A DNA stretch of 64,000 nt, taken from positions 78,034,560 to 78,098,559 of the forward strand of contig NC_057711.1 of assembly GCF_004010195.1 (NCBI RefSeq), written 5' to 3'. Position 1 is the stretch's first letter, and each line of letters starts with the position of its first letter. The notes beneath the pieces are model-generated. The model was given only the letters and a program-made list of their open reading frames with translations. It searched no databases and was not told the DNA's origin. Below are positions 1-12,470 of this stretch, piece by piece. The position numbers and the translations under genes were made by a program. Source of the stretch: Chiloscyllium plagiosum (Eukaryota).

Positions 1-1638
1 GTGTGTAATCAGCACGGCTAATTCTGCAGCATAAGTATTTGGTACTATTAAACAGCTGTGACAACAAAACCTCCAGAGCTAAAAACATTACCGCCTGTAA
101 AGTCATTGAAGGAATTCAATCATCTGCTTTAGCTTTGAAGCGGAGAAATGGATGTCTGACTGCCATTCCATGGAAAGATTAAAGCAACTGATGCAGTCTG
201 ATCTAAGCATCAGTTTTGTTCAATACAAAGGAAAATATCATCCGGTGTATAATGTGACCTAATACATATAAAGAATTTTCTTCCCTAACTAACAATACTA
301 ATTAATTTAATTCTCATTTATCTTTTAAGAGCACAGCATCAATCACTGCAGTAAAAACATATATACCTTACATAATATTTCATTATGGCATATGAAATTG
401 GTGACACCTTTTGAACTTGTCTGTCAAAGGATTACAGATTCCACATTAAGGCTCCCCTTTGTTCATGACACCTCTCAGCTGTATGATCTCCAGTGGCAAC
501 CCCACCACCATTAAAATTACTGGAGGTCTGGAAGACTGTTTCCTGAATGTAGCATACAACGGACAGTTGCAAATGGACTCACCATCTGTATCCTTAATCT
601 GGACTACTAAAAGTTTGTGATGGTAATTGGGGTGTGAAGTCTGGAATCAGGCAATTCTGCCATGTTTTCAGCCAGCTTGCCTCCATTTGAGTATGGACAG
701 AGGCGTGAAAATCCAGCTGTTCTCCAGATTAACTAACAGTGCAGTGATGATTCCAGCAATGCTGTCATGAGCAAACTTATCTGTGGCAGCTAAATTGGTG
801 AAGATGAGTACACACGTGATAGTGTTTTATGTTGATTCACTCCCAACCTGCTTCAAACCATTCTTCTTGGGCTTAGAAATTATGTGCACTTGTTACCCTT
901 AGTAATTCCTTCAACTGGGGTGTTCAGTGTGCAGTACTGATTCATTTGCTAACTCTCAGGATTACTTTAATTCCACACCTATCCGTTGTCTTTATACTAG
1001 TGTGCCACTTCCTCGGATGGAATGTCCTGCTCAGGGGATATTGGCTAAAAAATATAATTCTATATGTGTTACATTATTATTTGAATATGGTTTGCTTTTC
1101 TACCTCTGACACTGTTTTCCAGATTTTCGTGAATGCAGATTCTACTGGCCTGTGTCTTTGTAATGTCTGAATTTGAATGCCAAGATCGCATGGCACAGCT
1201 GAATTTTAATATTGTTATGATATCTAAAGGTTTCGTATTATGGCGTGTCTTGTTAGGGCAGTTTAGAGCATGGTTAAGAGCCATTCACATTGGTGTGGAA
1301 TTGCAGTCAGGTTTTGTTTTGATGAACCAGTAAGCTTTTTAGGATAACACACTCCTTCAGCATTCGTTTTATTAATTGATGCCAGGTCTTTGTATGTGGA
1401 TTTTATTCTTTTAAAAAAATGAATTCAAAATTTCAAACTTCTGGTGAGATTTAAAGTCATGGTTTTTCAATTATTCATCCAAACATTCAGATTGCTAGTT
1501 CAAAATGTAAGCACTATACAACTGCATAGATTGTTGCAGAGTCCTCTGGTTGCAAGTTGATTCTGTCAAATATGCCATAATGTGGTAAATATTTAATAAA
1601 AGGAATAAGTTTTGGTAATTTTTTTCTTATCTTTTTAG

Positions 1639-1684
1639 GGATTTGTGAGTGGAATCACAGGAATAGTGACAAAACCTATTAAAG
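1639..1684 (+). CDS. VPS13A: VPS13A coding exon (46 nt; approx. human exon 66), GFVSGITGIVTKPIK(G)
   Basis: Pyrimidine tract plus AG at 1637-1638 and GT donor at 1685. Peptide matches the VPS13A C-terminal ATG2_C region. The gene starts upstream of the window. Confidence 0.95.
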
Positions 1685-1762
1685 GTAAAAAGAAAAATAT
1701 TATGATGATTTACCCAGTTTTAAATGTTCTTAGTTATGGAAATTTACCTTTTAATTTTTTAG

Positions 1763-1886
1763 GTGCACAGAAAGAAGGTGCAGCTGGTTTCTTCAAAGGT
1801 ATTGGCAAGGGCTTGGTTGGGGCTGTTGCAAGACCCACCGGAGGCATCATAGACCTAGCCAGCAGCACTTTTCAAGGGATCAAAAG
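1763..1886 (+). CDS. VPS13A: VPS13A coding exon (124 nt), GAQKEGAAGFFKGIGKGLVGAVARPTGGIIDLASSTFQGIK(R)
   Basis: ttttttag acceptor and AG|gtaaaa donor. Phase is consistent with both neighbours. Peptide is contained in ORF 1645..1890. Confidence 0.96.
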
Positions 1887-2889
1887 GTAAAATATTGAGT
1901 GAAATCGTATCTGGACAGAATCATCTTTGCATGTGACAGTTCCTGATAATGGAACTGTAAGTGCATAGCACTTCTGCTTGGAGCAGCTGGCCACATGAAA
2001 TTATTTAGTGCCAAGCAAATTAGATATGTAGATACCATATAATTGAAGGTCCTTGCATCATATTTGAACAAGCCTCAGCTAGGTATCCATTCCATTGCCA
2101 TCCCTAACATCAGTCTGATTGTTTATGTGGAGATTATAATCCTCCGAATTTGCGGCAGTTGCACAGCTACATATCAAGATCAGAAGCCTAATTCTGGCTG
2201 GGATCTGGATGCATTGAACATGACATGGGTGTGTCCGATACATTGATCCTTCACTCTTGCCCTGCCTTTGGTGCCCCTGTTCAAACTTGACTAATTTTCA
2301 TTCACCCTTAGAACGTTTCTCCTTCTGCCTATCTCCATCAGTCTGTCCTTCTGGCATTGGAACTTTGCCTGCTTCCTCCCCTTTCCTGTTTTTCAGCCTC
2401 CATTCTTCGTGTACCTGCCATACATATCCCTGCTTCAATAAAATTCTCTATATAAGAAAAGCAGCTCTTATTCAGTCCAAATCCACCATGAGGTCAATTT
2501 CACTGCTGCGTGCCTCCTTTAACCAGTCATGAATCTGAAAGCACATGTTTCTTGTTTGATGCATAATTCCAAAGATAGAAGCACAGTATAACCTCAGTCC
2601 ACCACCAACCTAAAACCCAGCTGTCAACTCAATTAAGTGCAACTGCCCACCTCATTTTCTACTCACAAGAGTTATACAAAATTTCACTCTTTGTTTCAAA
2701 AACATTGAATTCTGAACAGGTTTCTAGCAGGTCTTCTCATGTTTTTTTCAATTTTAAGTAGTCCAGAAATGAATCATAGAATCCTAAGAAGTGCGGATAA
2801 AGGTAAATTAGCCCATCTCTCTGCAGGGCATCCCATTCAGATGCACCTCCTCATCTCTTTGTTTTTTTTAACCCAGCCTCCGGATCCCT

Positions 2890-3015
2890 GGCCTCTACAG
2901 GGCAAATTTAGCATGGCAAATCTAACTATTCTGCATATCTTTGGACTGTGGGGGGAAACCAGAGCATCCAGAGGTAACCCACACAGGCATGGCAAGATCA
3001 TGCAAACTTCACACA
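2890..3015 (-). mobile_element. Degenerate HE1/V-SINE fragment
   Basis: gggcaaatttagcatggc...tttggactgtggggg aaacc resembles the copy at 11290-11597. Confidence 0.7.
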
Positions 3016-4066
3016 ATCTAATTTCCAGCATCTGCGGTCCATTTTTAAAATAATTGAGTGAGTTGGCTTTAGTGAGCTGCTTGCAGTCTTCATGCCAACT
3101 CAGCAATTAGGTGCTGCATGAGAATGTACATGTACGACCTTCTTGACTCACCATTAATTAAGTGGTCAAAATTCAGACAATTAAGGGTCTCAAATCACAT
3201 AATGGGGTTACTTCCATTTGTCTCAATGTGAAGCAAAGTGGGGCTGAGATGGGAGAATCAGGCTGACTGCTGAAGGCTCTGCTCATGCTTCAAATCTCCA
3301 TGACCAAAAGCACATTTTAGAAATGTGTATGGAAGCATGTTTAAGTTTAAAGTTTAGTTTAGACCACAGGGTTTTATATTGTTAGTACCATACACGTTTC
3401 TAAAATCTTTCAGCTTGAAAACACTTATGATGAGATTTAGTACTCAATGCAATAAATATGGAGGCAGTCAGTTTCAGCAAGAAAGCCCAATAGTACCATT
3501 GTCCTTTGGTTGTATACTGGCAGAACAAAGAACATACTAATTCAGTACACGTGACAGAGAGGGAGAGAGTTTTCATTGGTTAAAAGGTAGTAGAATTTAT
3601 ATTTTGTTTATCTTCCCAACCCAAACTTAGAAATTGAAGTGTTATGATGTATAAGACATATCTGCTCAGAGTTATGGGTTGTTACAAATTTGACAGTTGT
3701 AAATATTAATAATATTCACATTAATATTCATGTAATTTAGGTAAGAATACATAAGCAACATCTTAGTGCATCTAAACTGAGAAAACCTGTGGTTCCCTCA
3801 TCATGTCAGTATAAAACTACTGCATAATTTCAGAATATCGCCTACAATCTGCAATCCTGTTTCACACAGTGATCTCACTACTTCCAGTAGTCAGTCCTAC
3901 ACTTTCCTTGGGTCATGTGCCTCAATTTCCTACTGTTATAGCCACTAACTAGCTTATAATTCAATACAATGAGTATTTCTTGTTGAGTTTCTCCAGTCAT
4001 TTGTAATAAGTTAGTGTATCGTGCAATGCTTTATCTGTGTGATCTGCAATCTTTGTAACTCAGCAA

Positions 4067-4430
4067 GGCGGCGCAGTGGTTAGCACTGCTGCTTCACAGC
4101 GCCTCCGGGTGCTCCGGTTTCCTCCCACAGTCCAAAAATGGTTAACACTGCTGCCTCACAGCGCCAGAGACCCAGGTTCAATTCCCGCCTCAGGCGACTG
4201 ACTGTGTGGAGTTTGCACATTCTCCCCGTGTCTGCGTGGGTTTCTCCGGGTGCTCCGGTTTCTTCCCACAGTCCAAAAATGTGCAGATTAGGTGAATTAG
4301 CCGTGCTAAATTGCCTGTAGTGTTAGGGGTAGGGGAATGGGTCTGGTTGGGTTGCGCTTCAGCAGGTCGATGTGGACTTGTTGGGCTGAAGGGCCTGTTT
4401 CAACACTGTAAGTAATCTAATCTAATCTAA
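4067..4430 (+). mobile_element. HE1-type (V-SINE) tRNA-derived SINE with rearranged 5' end
   Basis: A-box-like GGCGCAGTGGTTAGC, B-box GGTTCAATTCCC, V-domain GGAGTTTGCACATTCTCCCCGTGTCTGCGTGGGTTT and a (TAATC)n tail. Confidence 0.85.
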
Positions 4431-5579
4431 AAAACAAAAGTGTGAAGTGTGATCAGACTATATCCTTTTCTCTGACATATACCAATTTAATAAAATCATA
4501 TTTCAATCTGTAATGTCTGTGCTGGTACTTCTGTGAAACTTAATTTTTCCCCCCTTGCTAGCCACCAATGAAAGTGGTCTTCTGTTGTTTTCTTTCTCAA
4601 ACCTCCTATAATCTTTTTTTTAATCCTGTGACTTCATTACAACTATATCCTCTCATATCTATTATTTGGTGAGTTGACGCAGCATATTTTCATCACTACA
4701 GTACCCCTCCTGCAACATAGCATCCCAACTCCGTAAAGTACTGCAATTGCCAAATCCTTTAATAGCACATCACTCCTTTCTTTTTCATGGCTTTGTTGTC
4801 ATCAAATGTAAAATCTAAAATATTATTAACCTTTTAGTAATAGCTTATATTATCAATTTGCTAATAAACGTTTTAAACTATGTAAATTTAAATTTTACTG
4901 ACATTATTATTATAGATTCGGTGTTCTGACGTACTCAGTTCTTCCTTCATTATTTTTTGTAAATTTTGTTAAACAGTTTAGTAGTCTGTTTGTTTTGTTA
5001 ATTGGTTCTCCAGATAGTTTTGTATGTTGAACACTGAGCCAAATGCAAATATTTCTAGGTCTCATCCAGTTTCACTTTTCACTAACTCGACATGTTTTCT
5101 GGATTACAGGTGATGCAAAGTTTTTTTTCCCTGTGTGCAGCTGTTTGAAGTTGAATTTTGTTTATTGCTGGTCTGCCCATTAGTTAACTTATTTTGTAAC
5201 TTCAACACTATCTTCTGAAGACTCAACTAAAACTCCTGAGATTTGAGCAATTTGCACTGAACTGTGCATAACAAATTTCTCATCTAAATTAGAAACTGTC
5301 CTCATTGTCCTGAATTAATTTACACCCAGTATGAAAGATAAATGTTCTCATGACACTAGCTGTTAGTTTTTTTCTCCCTGAAAGGGGATTTTTCTATCCC
5401 AAATACACTGTTCCGAAGATGGGATAATTAATGTATAGCATTCCTCTCACTGAAATGTCAATTTAGAATGTGTGTCAAAGTCTTGGAATCAGGTGTAATT
5501 TCATTAATCTATGATTCAAGAAGCAAGGATAAAAATGCATTTTCAAGGCTGGCACTATATTACAAAAACAGCCTTCGTA

Positions 5580-6000
5580 AGAACATCAGGATCAGATGTA
5601 GAAGCAGGATTAAACCAAATGGCCCTGTTGAGTATGTTTTGCCATTTGATCTGATCATAATTGAATCTCTTTTGTAACTATATTTTCTTGTTCATTTAAT
5701 GTAACTCTAGATTCCCCAAGAGATCAAAAACTAGCTTAAGTGTATTTAATGACGTAGTATGAGCAACCTTCTAGAGAATTCGAGGATTTAGAATCCCTGA
5801 GTGATTGAATTTTAACACATCTCAATCTCAAATAGTTGTTCTCTTATCCTGAGACTATGACCACATATTCTAGATTCCCCAAGATAGTGAAACTGTCTAC
5901 CATATTAAGACCTTACCTTCAGAATCTTGCATATTTTCAATGTGATTGCCTCTCTCATTCTTCTAAATCTTCAAAAAGGTGTAGAATTCATTCAACCATC
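5580..6000 (-). mobile_element. Old CR1 LINE 3' fragment
   Basis: Similar to the 3' ends of other CR1 copies in the window (11955-12470, 35060-35700). Confidence 0.55.
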
Positions 6001-6822
6001 AAACAATAGCCCTATCTGGATGAAGGTAGCTGTGAGCCAACATTCATGCTTCTAAATCTGTCCCCCATATCCAGTCAAAAGTGTTGTAGAACTAGTTATT
6101 TTGTGTATATACACTGGGTTAAGGGGCATTAAAACCAGGTGCTGGACAAACTCAGCCAATCTGGCAGCATCTTTTGTGCGATGTGTGACTGCATTCAGCC
6201 AAATTTTCCATCTGATTTTCATTGATTCCAGTTTTGCAAGGGCACCTTGATGGTCACTTGTCAAACACTATTCTAAGGACAGCAACTCTCACTTCACCTC
6301 TGGAGTTGAGCTGCAGTGTCCATGAGATCATAAGCTGAGCGACCCACGTTGAACCCAAACTGAGGGTCAGAGAATAGATTATTGGCAAGCAAGCGTCCCT
6401 TAATAACACTGTTGATAACCCCTTTTATCATTAGGGATAGGCAATAAATGCTAGTTGAGACACTAAGACCACATCCTGTGAAATAAATGAATATAAAAAG
6501 CTGTGAAATGTTTCACGGGAGAACTAAGTTTAAACTACTCCATTATTTATTAAATGATGGTTTCAGTGATTATGCAAAAAAAACATAGGCTGCAATGTTT
6601 TTGAGTTTTCTTCTGACCCAATCCAGATTGAAATTGATGACACGCATTTACTATTGGCGTGTCTAATTTTTTTAATAGAGATTAGCTTGAAGATGGTTTT
6701 CATTTTATTGCAGAAATTTCACAAGGAGGAGAATATTTAGTAGAGTACATTAATTTTTAAAGTTGATCACTCTGATTCACCAAATGAAGCAATAGTTTTC
6801 GCGCTGTCAGTAATGTAGATGA

Positions 6823-7022
6823 GGGAATTAGTTTGGCTCAGTTGGCTGGATGACTGGTTTGTAATGCAGAGTGATTCCAATAGCATAGGTTCAATTCCCA
6901 CGCTGGCAGAGGTTATCATGAATGATTGTCTATCTCAACCTGTCCCTTCACCTTAAACTACCACAAGTTGTGTTTCTTTAATAAAAGTGCAGTCAATGGT
7001 CTGATGGGATAATTGACACTTT
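6823..7022 (+). mobile_element. tRNA-derived SINE
   Basis: TGGCTCAGTTGG A-box and GGTTCAATTCCC B-box at tRNA-like spacing, followed by a non-tRNA body. Confidence 0.55.
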
Positions 7023-7581
7023 AGTTGAAAAAAACCTAAGTGAAAACACAGACCATTTCTCACAGTATGTCATGCGAACTCACAACTGGGCCTAAAGTGA
7101 GAACCTTCTGGTTTGAAAAGGTGCCTCAACTTCTCATACTACTCTGAAGGATATGGTATTTTAAAAGTTTGTTGAGTGGTGTATCTCAAGCAACATATCT
7201 TCTTGGCTTTTCACAATAAGGAACATACTCACCATATCCCACCACGGTTGAAAAGCTCTCAGTACTGTATCCATTATTAGATAATATTCCATGATTGCAT
7301 GTAAATTACTAAATAATCCCAAGTGTGTAAAGAATTATACTGACAACTTGGAATTGTCAGCCCAGATTGAAACGTAACATGCTTGAATGTGCTAGAAGCT
7401 ACATATAGTAAAACAAAGGATTTTGTTCTTTGTAGACAGAAAGAGCATGCACAAAAGCACTTCGCCTGTTTCAACTCCTCAAAATAGGTGATAGCCATTT
7501 CCTATTAGTGGAGTAATGCTTTGACAAATCCGAGTCAACATGCTTTGTTTAAAGTTTAACAAGACTTGGTAGTTAATTCCA

Positions 7582-7677
7582 TCAAGATTAGAGTGGTGCT
7601 GGAAATGCACAGCAGGTCAGGCAGCATCTGAGGAGCAGGAAAATCGATGTTTCCAGCAGGAGCCCTTCATCAGGAAT
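7582..7677 (-). mobile_element. Short Penelope-like pLTR fragment with degenerate hammerhead core
   Basis: Minus strand reads ATTCCTGATGAAGGGCTCCTGCTGGAAACATCG. Flanked by TTAATTCCA at 7573-7581 and 7677-7685. Confidence 0.7.
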
Positions 7678-8006
7678 TAATTCCACCATCATGACAACAT
7701 CTCTACCAATCACAGTCTACTTCATACACCATAAGTGTTGTTTTCCTTTACTTTGGTACTACATATGAATTGTGTTAATGTGTGAAAGACAGAAAGCTTC
7801 AGCAAAGTGTCTTTATTTTTGTGTTACCGCTATTATGGTCTACCAAATGACTAACTGTTCAGTGGTGTTCATCCTAATATTTGTGTAAATTTCTGTTTAT
7901 ACATGGAAAGGGTGCTTTGCTAGAAATTTTAAGACCCCTAGGAGATTACTTTTCAATTTAAAAATTATGTTTAAAAATTATTTACATGTTCCCTCATTTT
8001 TGTTAG

Positions 8007-8121
8007 AGCTACAGAAACAACAGAAGATGTTGAGAGCCTTCGCCCACCTCGATTTATTCATGAAGATGGAGTAATTAGACCATACAGGTTGAGAGAGGGA
8101 ATTGGCATGCAAATGTTACAG
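8007..8121 (+). CDS. VPS13A: VPS13A coding exon (115 nt; approx. human exon 68), ATETTEDVESLRPPRFIHEDGVIRPYRLREGIGMQMLQ
   Basis: tttttgttag acceptor and CAG|gtattt donor. Contains the RPPRF..DGVIRPY motif typical of VPS13 proteins. Confidence 0.96.
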
Positions 8122-8391
8122 GTATTTTTTTTATATAGTTACTTGCCTGCATTTTCTGTACAGGGATATCTTTCTAATATTGATTTTTTAAATTTCTTAA
8201 TTCTTAATTCGTAAGATTTTTTTAGAACTGTGTATGTTTCAGCAGTGCTTGCTGTACATACAATATGCAATCAGTATAATGGATATTGGGAGCTATGAGC
8301 TTAAAATGCTTTACCAATAAAAGGCAGCAAAGAAAACTACAGTGAAACTAACCAGTTATTTTACTTCTTTCCCTCTTTACCATGCTTGCAG

Positions 8392-8517
8392 AAAGGACAG
8401 GCCTGCAAAGAATGGAATAGGTTGACCATGCTGATGATTAATCTGATCAAATTGCTGTATATCATCAATGCATGCATTCATAACAGTCCAGTTGTCTGCA
8501 GCCAATACCATCAGTAG
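8392..8517 (+). CDS. VPS13A: Candidate alternative terminal VPS13A exon (variant-B-like), KGQACKEWNRLTMLMINLIKLLYIINACIHNSPVVCSQYHQ*
   Basis: Branch-point-like CTAAC (8348-8352), long pyrimidine tract and TGCAG acceptor, in phase 0 with the 8121 donor. K-x-Q-x-x-K-E-W resembles the recalled human exon 69 start KIQFYREW. AATAAA at 8878 and 8988. Confidence 0.5.
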   Translation, partial: KGQACKEWNRLTMLMINLIKLLYIINACIHNSPVVCSQYHQ

Positions 8518-10489
8518 TCCTGTTAGTGTCTTAATGTTCTATGATTTTGTTTTGTTTTTAGTTGAAAAGTTGCATACTGGACAGTACATAGGGATAGACA
8601 GAGAAATGGACAGCATACCTGTATACTTGAACATTTCCAACTAAAATCAATGCAAGTTGCACAAATCAAAGAAGGCTGAGAAGAGAATTTTGCAGAACCT
8701 ATTCTTAGTGTAGGATATTGTTCTCTTAGCATTTGTTTACACCCACTTTTGCAATTTTAATTTGGTTCATCCTTGTCTTCTATTGCTGTTTCTAATTCTG
8801 TGATAAGTTTTGTAGTTTGTATTTGATAAGAATTGCATATAAAACTCCAGGTAATTGTACAATTGTGAAGATACTGTAATAAACGTTTTGTCCAATTTTT
8901 ATAGTTCCTTTCATATCACTCATGACAATGCTTTTTCCTGTTCAACTCCTACATCGTTGCTTTTTAATTCACAATAGTTCTGCAACTAATAAAGTCATAA
9001 CATGCACAAAAATGGCTTTTTATAATTTCTGCATAAATATATATTAATGTTGGAATGTGAAAATGTTTTTACCACTCATATGTCTTTCTATCATTTCATT
9101 ATAAATTGACTAACTACTATGAAAGTGTGGTCAGTTTAAAAAAAAATTTCATTGTTCTGGCTCATTAATTTTATGGGGAGATACCCTTTATAGGTGAACT
9201 AAACTTAAGGTTGGCCTCAATGATTTTGAGCCATCGAGTTCTGGCAGAAGAGTATAGTGCATTCTCCAACTTAGTCAAGCCTTTGAGTTAAACGTTCAGC
9301 TGATTTGAACTGACAATCTTAGTTGAAATGAATTTAGTCAGTTTATGATTTACAGAAGTTATGAATAGGGATTGTGGTTGGTGGTAGAAGGATTAGCTAA
9401 TAAAAACAAATTTGCAAACATCACTACAACAGCCATAGACAAATCTCAATACAGTGGGTTCCTGTGGAGGGAGTTTTATTTCAAATTGATAAATTTCTGA
9501 ATCCTTTGTTTTCCAGCCAGAGGAATGTCCTCTGGTTTCAAAGAGGAGAGCATTCAAACATTTGTCATATAGTGGAAGTCTGTTAAGTCATAGTTCAATA
9601 TACTGCAAATTTATTTAAGGCATAGGGGTCTCATGACTCCAACAAGAGGTAAATCATGAGTTAAATTTTCTTTTGCTAATAAGAGTTTTCTTATTATTGC
9701 TCAGTGTTCAAACAAACTTCCACTGTAACAGAATATCAAACAGACACTTCCGCAATAGCATTGACAAAACTTTCATATATATGTGTGCTGTTACTTTCCT
9801 CAGTTTTTAGCATAATAGTTGTAAATGTAGCAATTAATACATTAATACAACACAATTTAACCAAATAAAATTTATAATCTAACTTCACATTTTCTGTTAA
9901 CTTGTCACAGAAAATATATTTTTTATTCTTTTTTAAACAGAAATCCAAGACTTGTGAAATTCATAGGCTGTTTAAGATAGCCTCCATCCCAATCAGACAA
10001 GAAATAGATATGGTGAAGGACTTTTTCCCTAGGATAGGGGACTTCAAAACTTGAGGGCATAGGTTTAAGGTGAGACAGGAAAGATTTAAAAGGAACCTGA
10101 GAGGCAGTGAAACATTTGGAAAGTGTAGGAAAGTGAACTGATTGGAAAGCTGTTTCATGAGAGTGAAGGTCTGAGTGGTGTCCTTTGCTGCATCATCCAT
10201 TCTTACATAAACTGTATATCAAAGATTGTTGTATTTCAAAACCATTAAAATCCATACCTTACAAGTTGTGAATGCTCATATTCTATACTGAATAAATAAT
10301 AAGTAAGTTTTATTAGCTAGTCAGGAAACGTTATTAATTGAAGAATATTTAACCTATTCTTCGGCACCGTAAAATGAATTCTAGCATATTAATTTGAAAT
10401 GAGGAACAGTTCGTTGTCTTTATCAGGAGAATGAATGTTTCATGGCATTGCTCAATAGGAAAAGACTTGCTTCTGCCTTCAACTGGTCC

Positions 10490-11040
10490 TCTGCCACTCA
10501 GTGGTAGCACTCTTCCCTTTGAATTAGAGTTGTGGATTCACGCCTTGCTGAAGAACCTGAAATGCCATTGCAGTATCTGAGAAAGTGCTGCACGTGTTTA
10601 AGAGTGCTATTTTAAATTGAGTCCCATTTACCGTCCAGAATGAAAAAAACAAATGTATCATGCCTTTGCACAAAAACAGAATGGTTCATCCATGGTGTTT
10701 TAGCTAATATTTATTTTCCAGCTTACATTATGAAAAACAGATTGCAGTCGGTTCTGCTATAACACATGTTGCTTTAACGCAATTGAAGAACCCAAACCTT
10801 CCTTACCTGTATTGATTGGCTATAATGTGATTCCATTAGTTTGAATGGCACGGCTATTGCACAATTTTCTTATAACCCGAGATTGCACGAGGACAGAACT
10901 ATCGCGTTATATCAGAACCGACTACATTTGAGTGCATTTGGTCTTGGTTACATTTTGTAAATTACAGCAGTAACACATTTTAGAAGTATCTAATTAGCTG
11001 TAAGGTGCTTTGGAATGTCCTGCTGTCATGAACGGTGTAA
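10490..11040 (+). mobile_element. Old DeuSINE/SacSINE1-like SINE interrupted by a MITE
   Basis: CTCAGTGGTAGCACTCT head, GCAGTA..GAG..AGTGCTGCA core and an L2-like tail. A similar copy lies at about 14530-14960. Confidence 0.5.
10745..10924. mobile_element. MITE, Tc1/mariner (Tigger/pogo-like) non-autonomous DNA transposon
   Basis: Terminal inverted repeats CAGTCGGTTCTGCTATAAC / GTTATATCAGAACCGACTA, about 180 bp, non-coding. Confidence 0.75.
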
Positions 11041-11289
11041 ATTGAAGTTTTCTTTGGTGTGTTTTGTTTTTTTCTATTGATTTTCTTTTCTTCCTTTCTC
11101 TTCTGATTTGGACATTTTCTTTAAATAAGTGGTTTCATTTTTGTTCTGTTGTGGTCAGGGACAGGAATAGAAAATGTGTCCATTTCAATCAAACATAGAG
11201 AATGTATGTTTCTGTTCTGTATAATGACATCACTTCCTTAGCTTCAACATCAAAAGAGAATCCTTCATTTATACTAGTATGTTTTAGAT

Positions 11290-11597
11290 TTCCTACAGTG
11301 TGGAAACAGGCCCTTTGGCCTAACTAGTCCACACTGACCCTCCAAAGAGTAACCCACCCCAACCCACTTCCCTCTGACTAATGCACCTATCACTATGGGC
11401 AATTTAGCTTGGCCAATTCACCTAACCTGCACATCTTTGGACTGTGGGTGGAAACCGGAGCACCCAGAGGAAACCCACGCAGACACACGGAGAATGTGCA
11501 AACTCCACACAGACAGTCGCCCAAGGCTGAAAATGAACCTAGGACCATGGTGCTGTGTGGCAGCAGTGCTAACCACTGAGCCATTGTGCCGCCACTG
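11290..11597 (-). mobile_element. HE1/V-SINE, near full length
   Basis: Reverse complement of the 4067 element, with a CR1-like tail. Confidence 0.85.
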
Positions 11598-11954
11598 TTA
11601 TTTTCCATTAATTTTTTTTTGAAAGCTGCAGATGCTGGGGACCCGGAACAGAAACAGAAATTGCTGGTGAAAGTTCTGATCAAGAGTCACCAGACGCAAA
11701 ACGCTTTCTTCCCACAGATGCTGCCAGTCCTGCTGACTTTCGGCAGCAATTTCTATTTTTTGTTATTTTCCATTTCCTGTGTTAGCCATTCATGTGCATG
11801 TGCAGCCTCTCCTTCTCTGCTTCATAATCTGTATGTCTAACACCGTCTAACTTTCTCTGTCTGTCCCTCCTTCCCTCTCTTTCCCCTTTAAATCCGTTTC
11901 TCTTTCCAGTTGTTTTCACTTCTGTCTTTGTGTGTTTCTCTTTTTTTTTGCTAC

Positions 11955-12470
11955 ATAAGAGCAGAAGTAGGCCATTCAGCCCATCTCAATTACTCTGCCA
12001 TTCAGTGAGATCATAGGTGACCTGATAATTTCTCATCTCCATTTTCCTGCCTAATCCCCATAATCCTTCATTCTTTTTCTTATTAAAGATCTGTTTATCT
12101 TGACCCTAAATATATTTGAAACAACATAGTTTCCAGTGCCCCACGTGGTAGAGAATTCCGCAGATTCACTGTTGTCTGAGAAGGAATTCCTCCTCATCTG
12201 TCATAATTGAGCAATCTCTTACTCTACGATTATGGACTCTGGTCCTAGAATCCCTCACAATGGGAAACAACTCCTTTCAAGTATCTACCCTTTCAAGTAT
12301 CTCCCCTAAGAATATTCTGTGTTTCAATAAGGTTGCTCCACATTCTTGTATATTCCAACAAGTATGGACCCAATCTATTCAACCTTCCCTCATATGAAAG
12401 TCCCTCCATAACTAGTATCAGCCTGTTGAACTTCTCTGGTCTGCCTCCAATGCAACTGTATCTTTCCTTG
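11955..12470 (-). mobile_element. CR1 LINE 3' fragment
   Basis: Shark CR1-type 3' end (gagcagaagtaggccattcagccc...) plus decayed ORF2 C-terminus. Confidence 0.6.

Noticed and set aside
4067..4200. tRNA gene
   Set aside because: The A/B boxes belong to a SINE head; no complete cloverleaf. The same applies at 6823.
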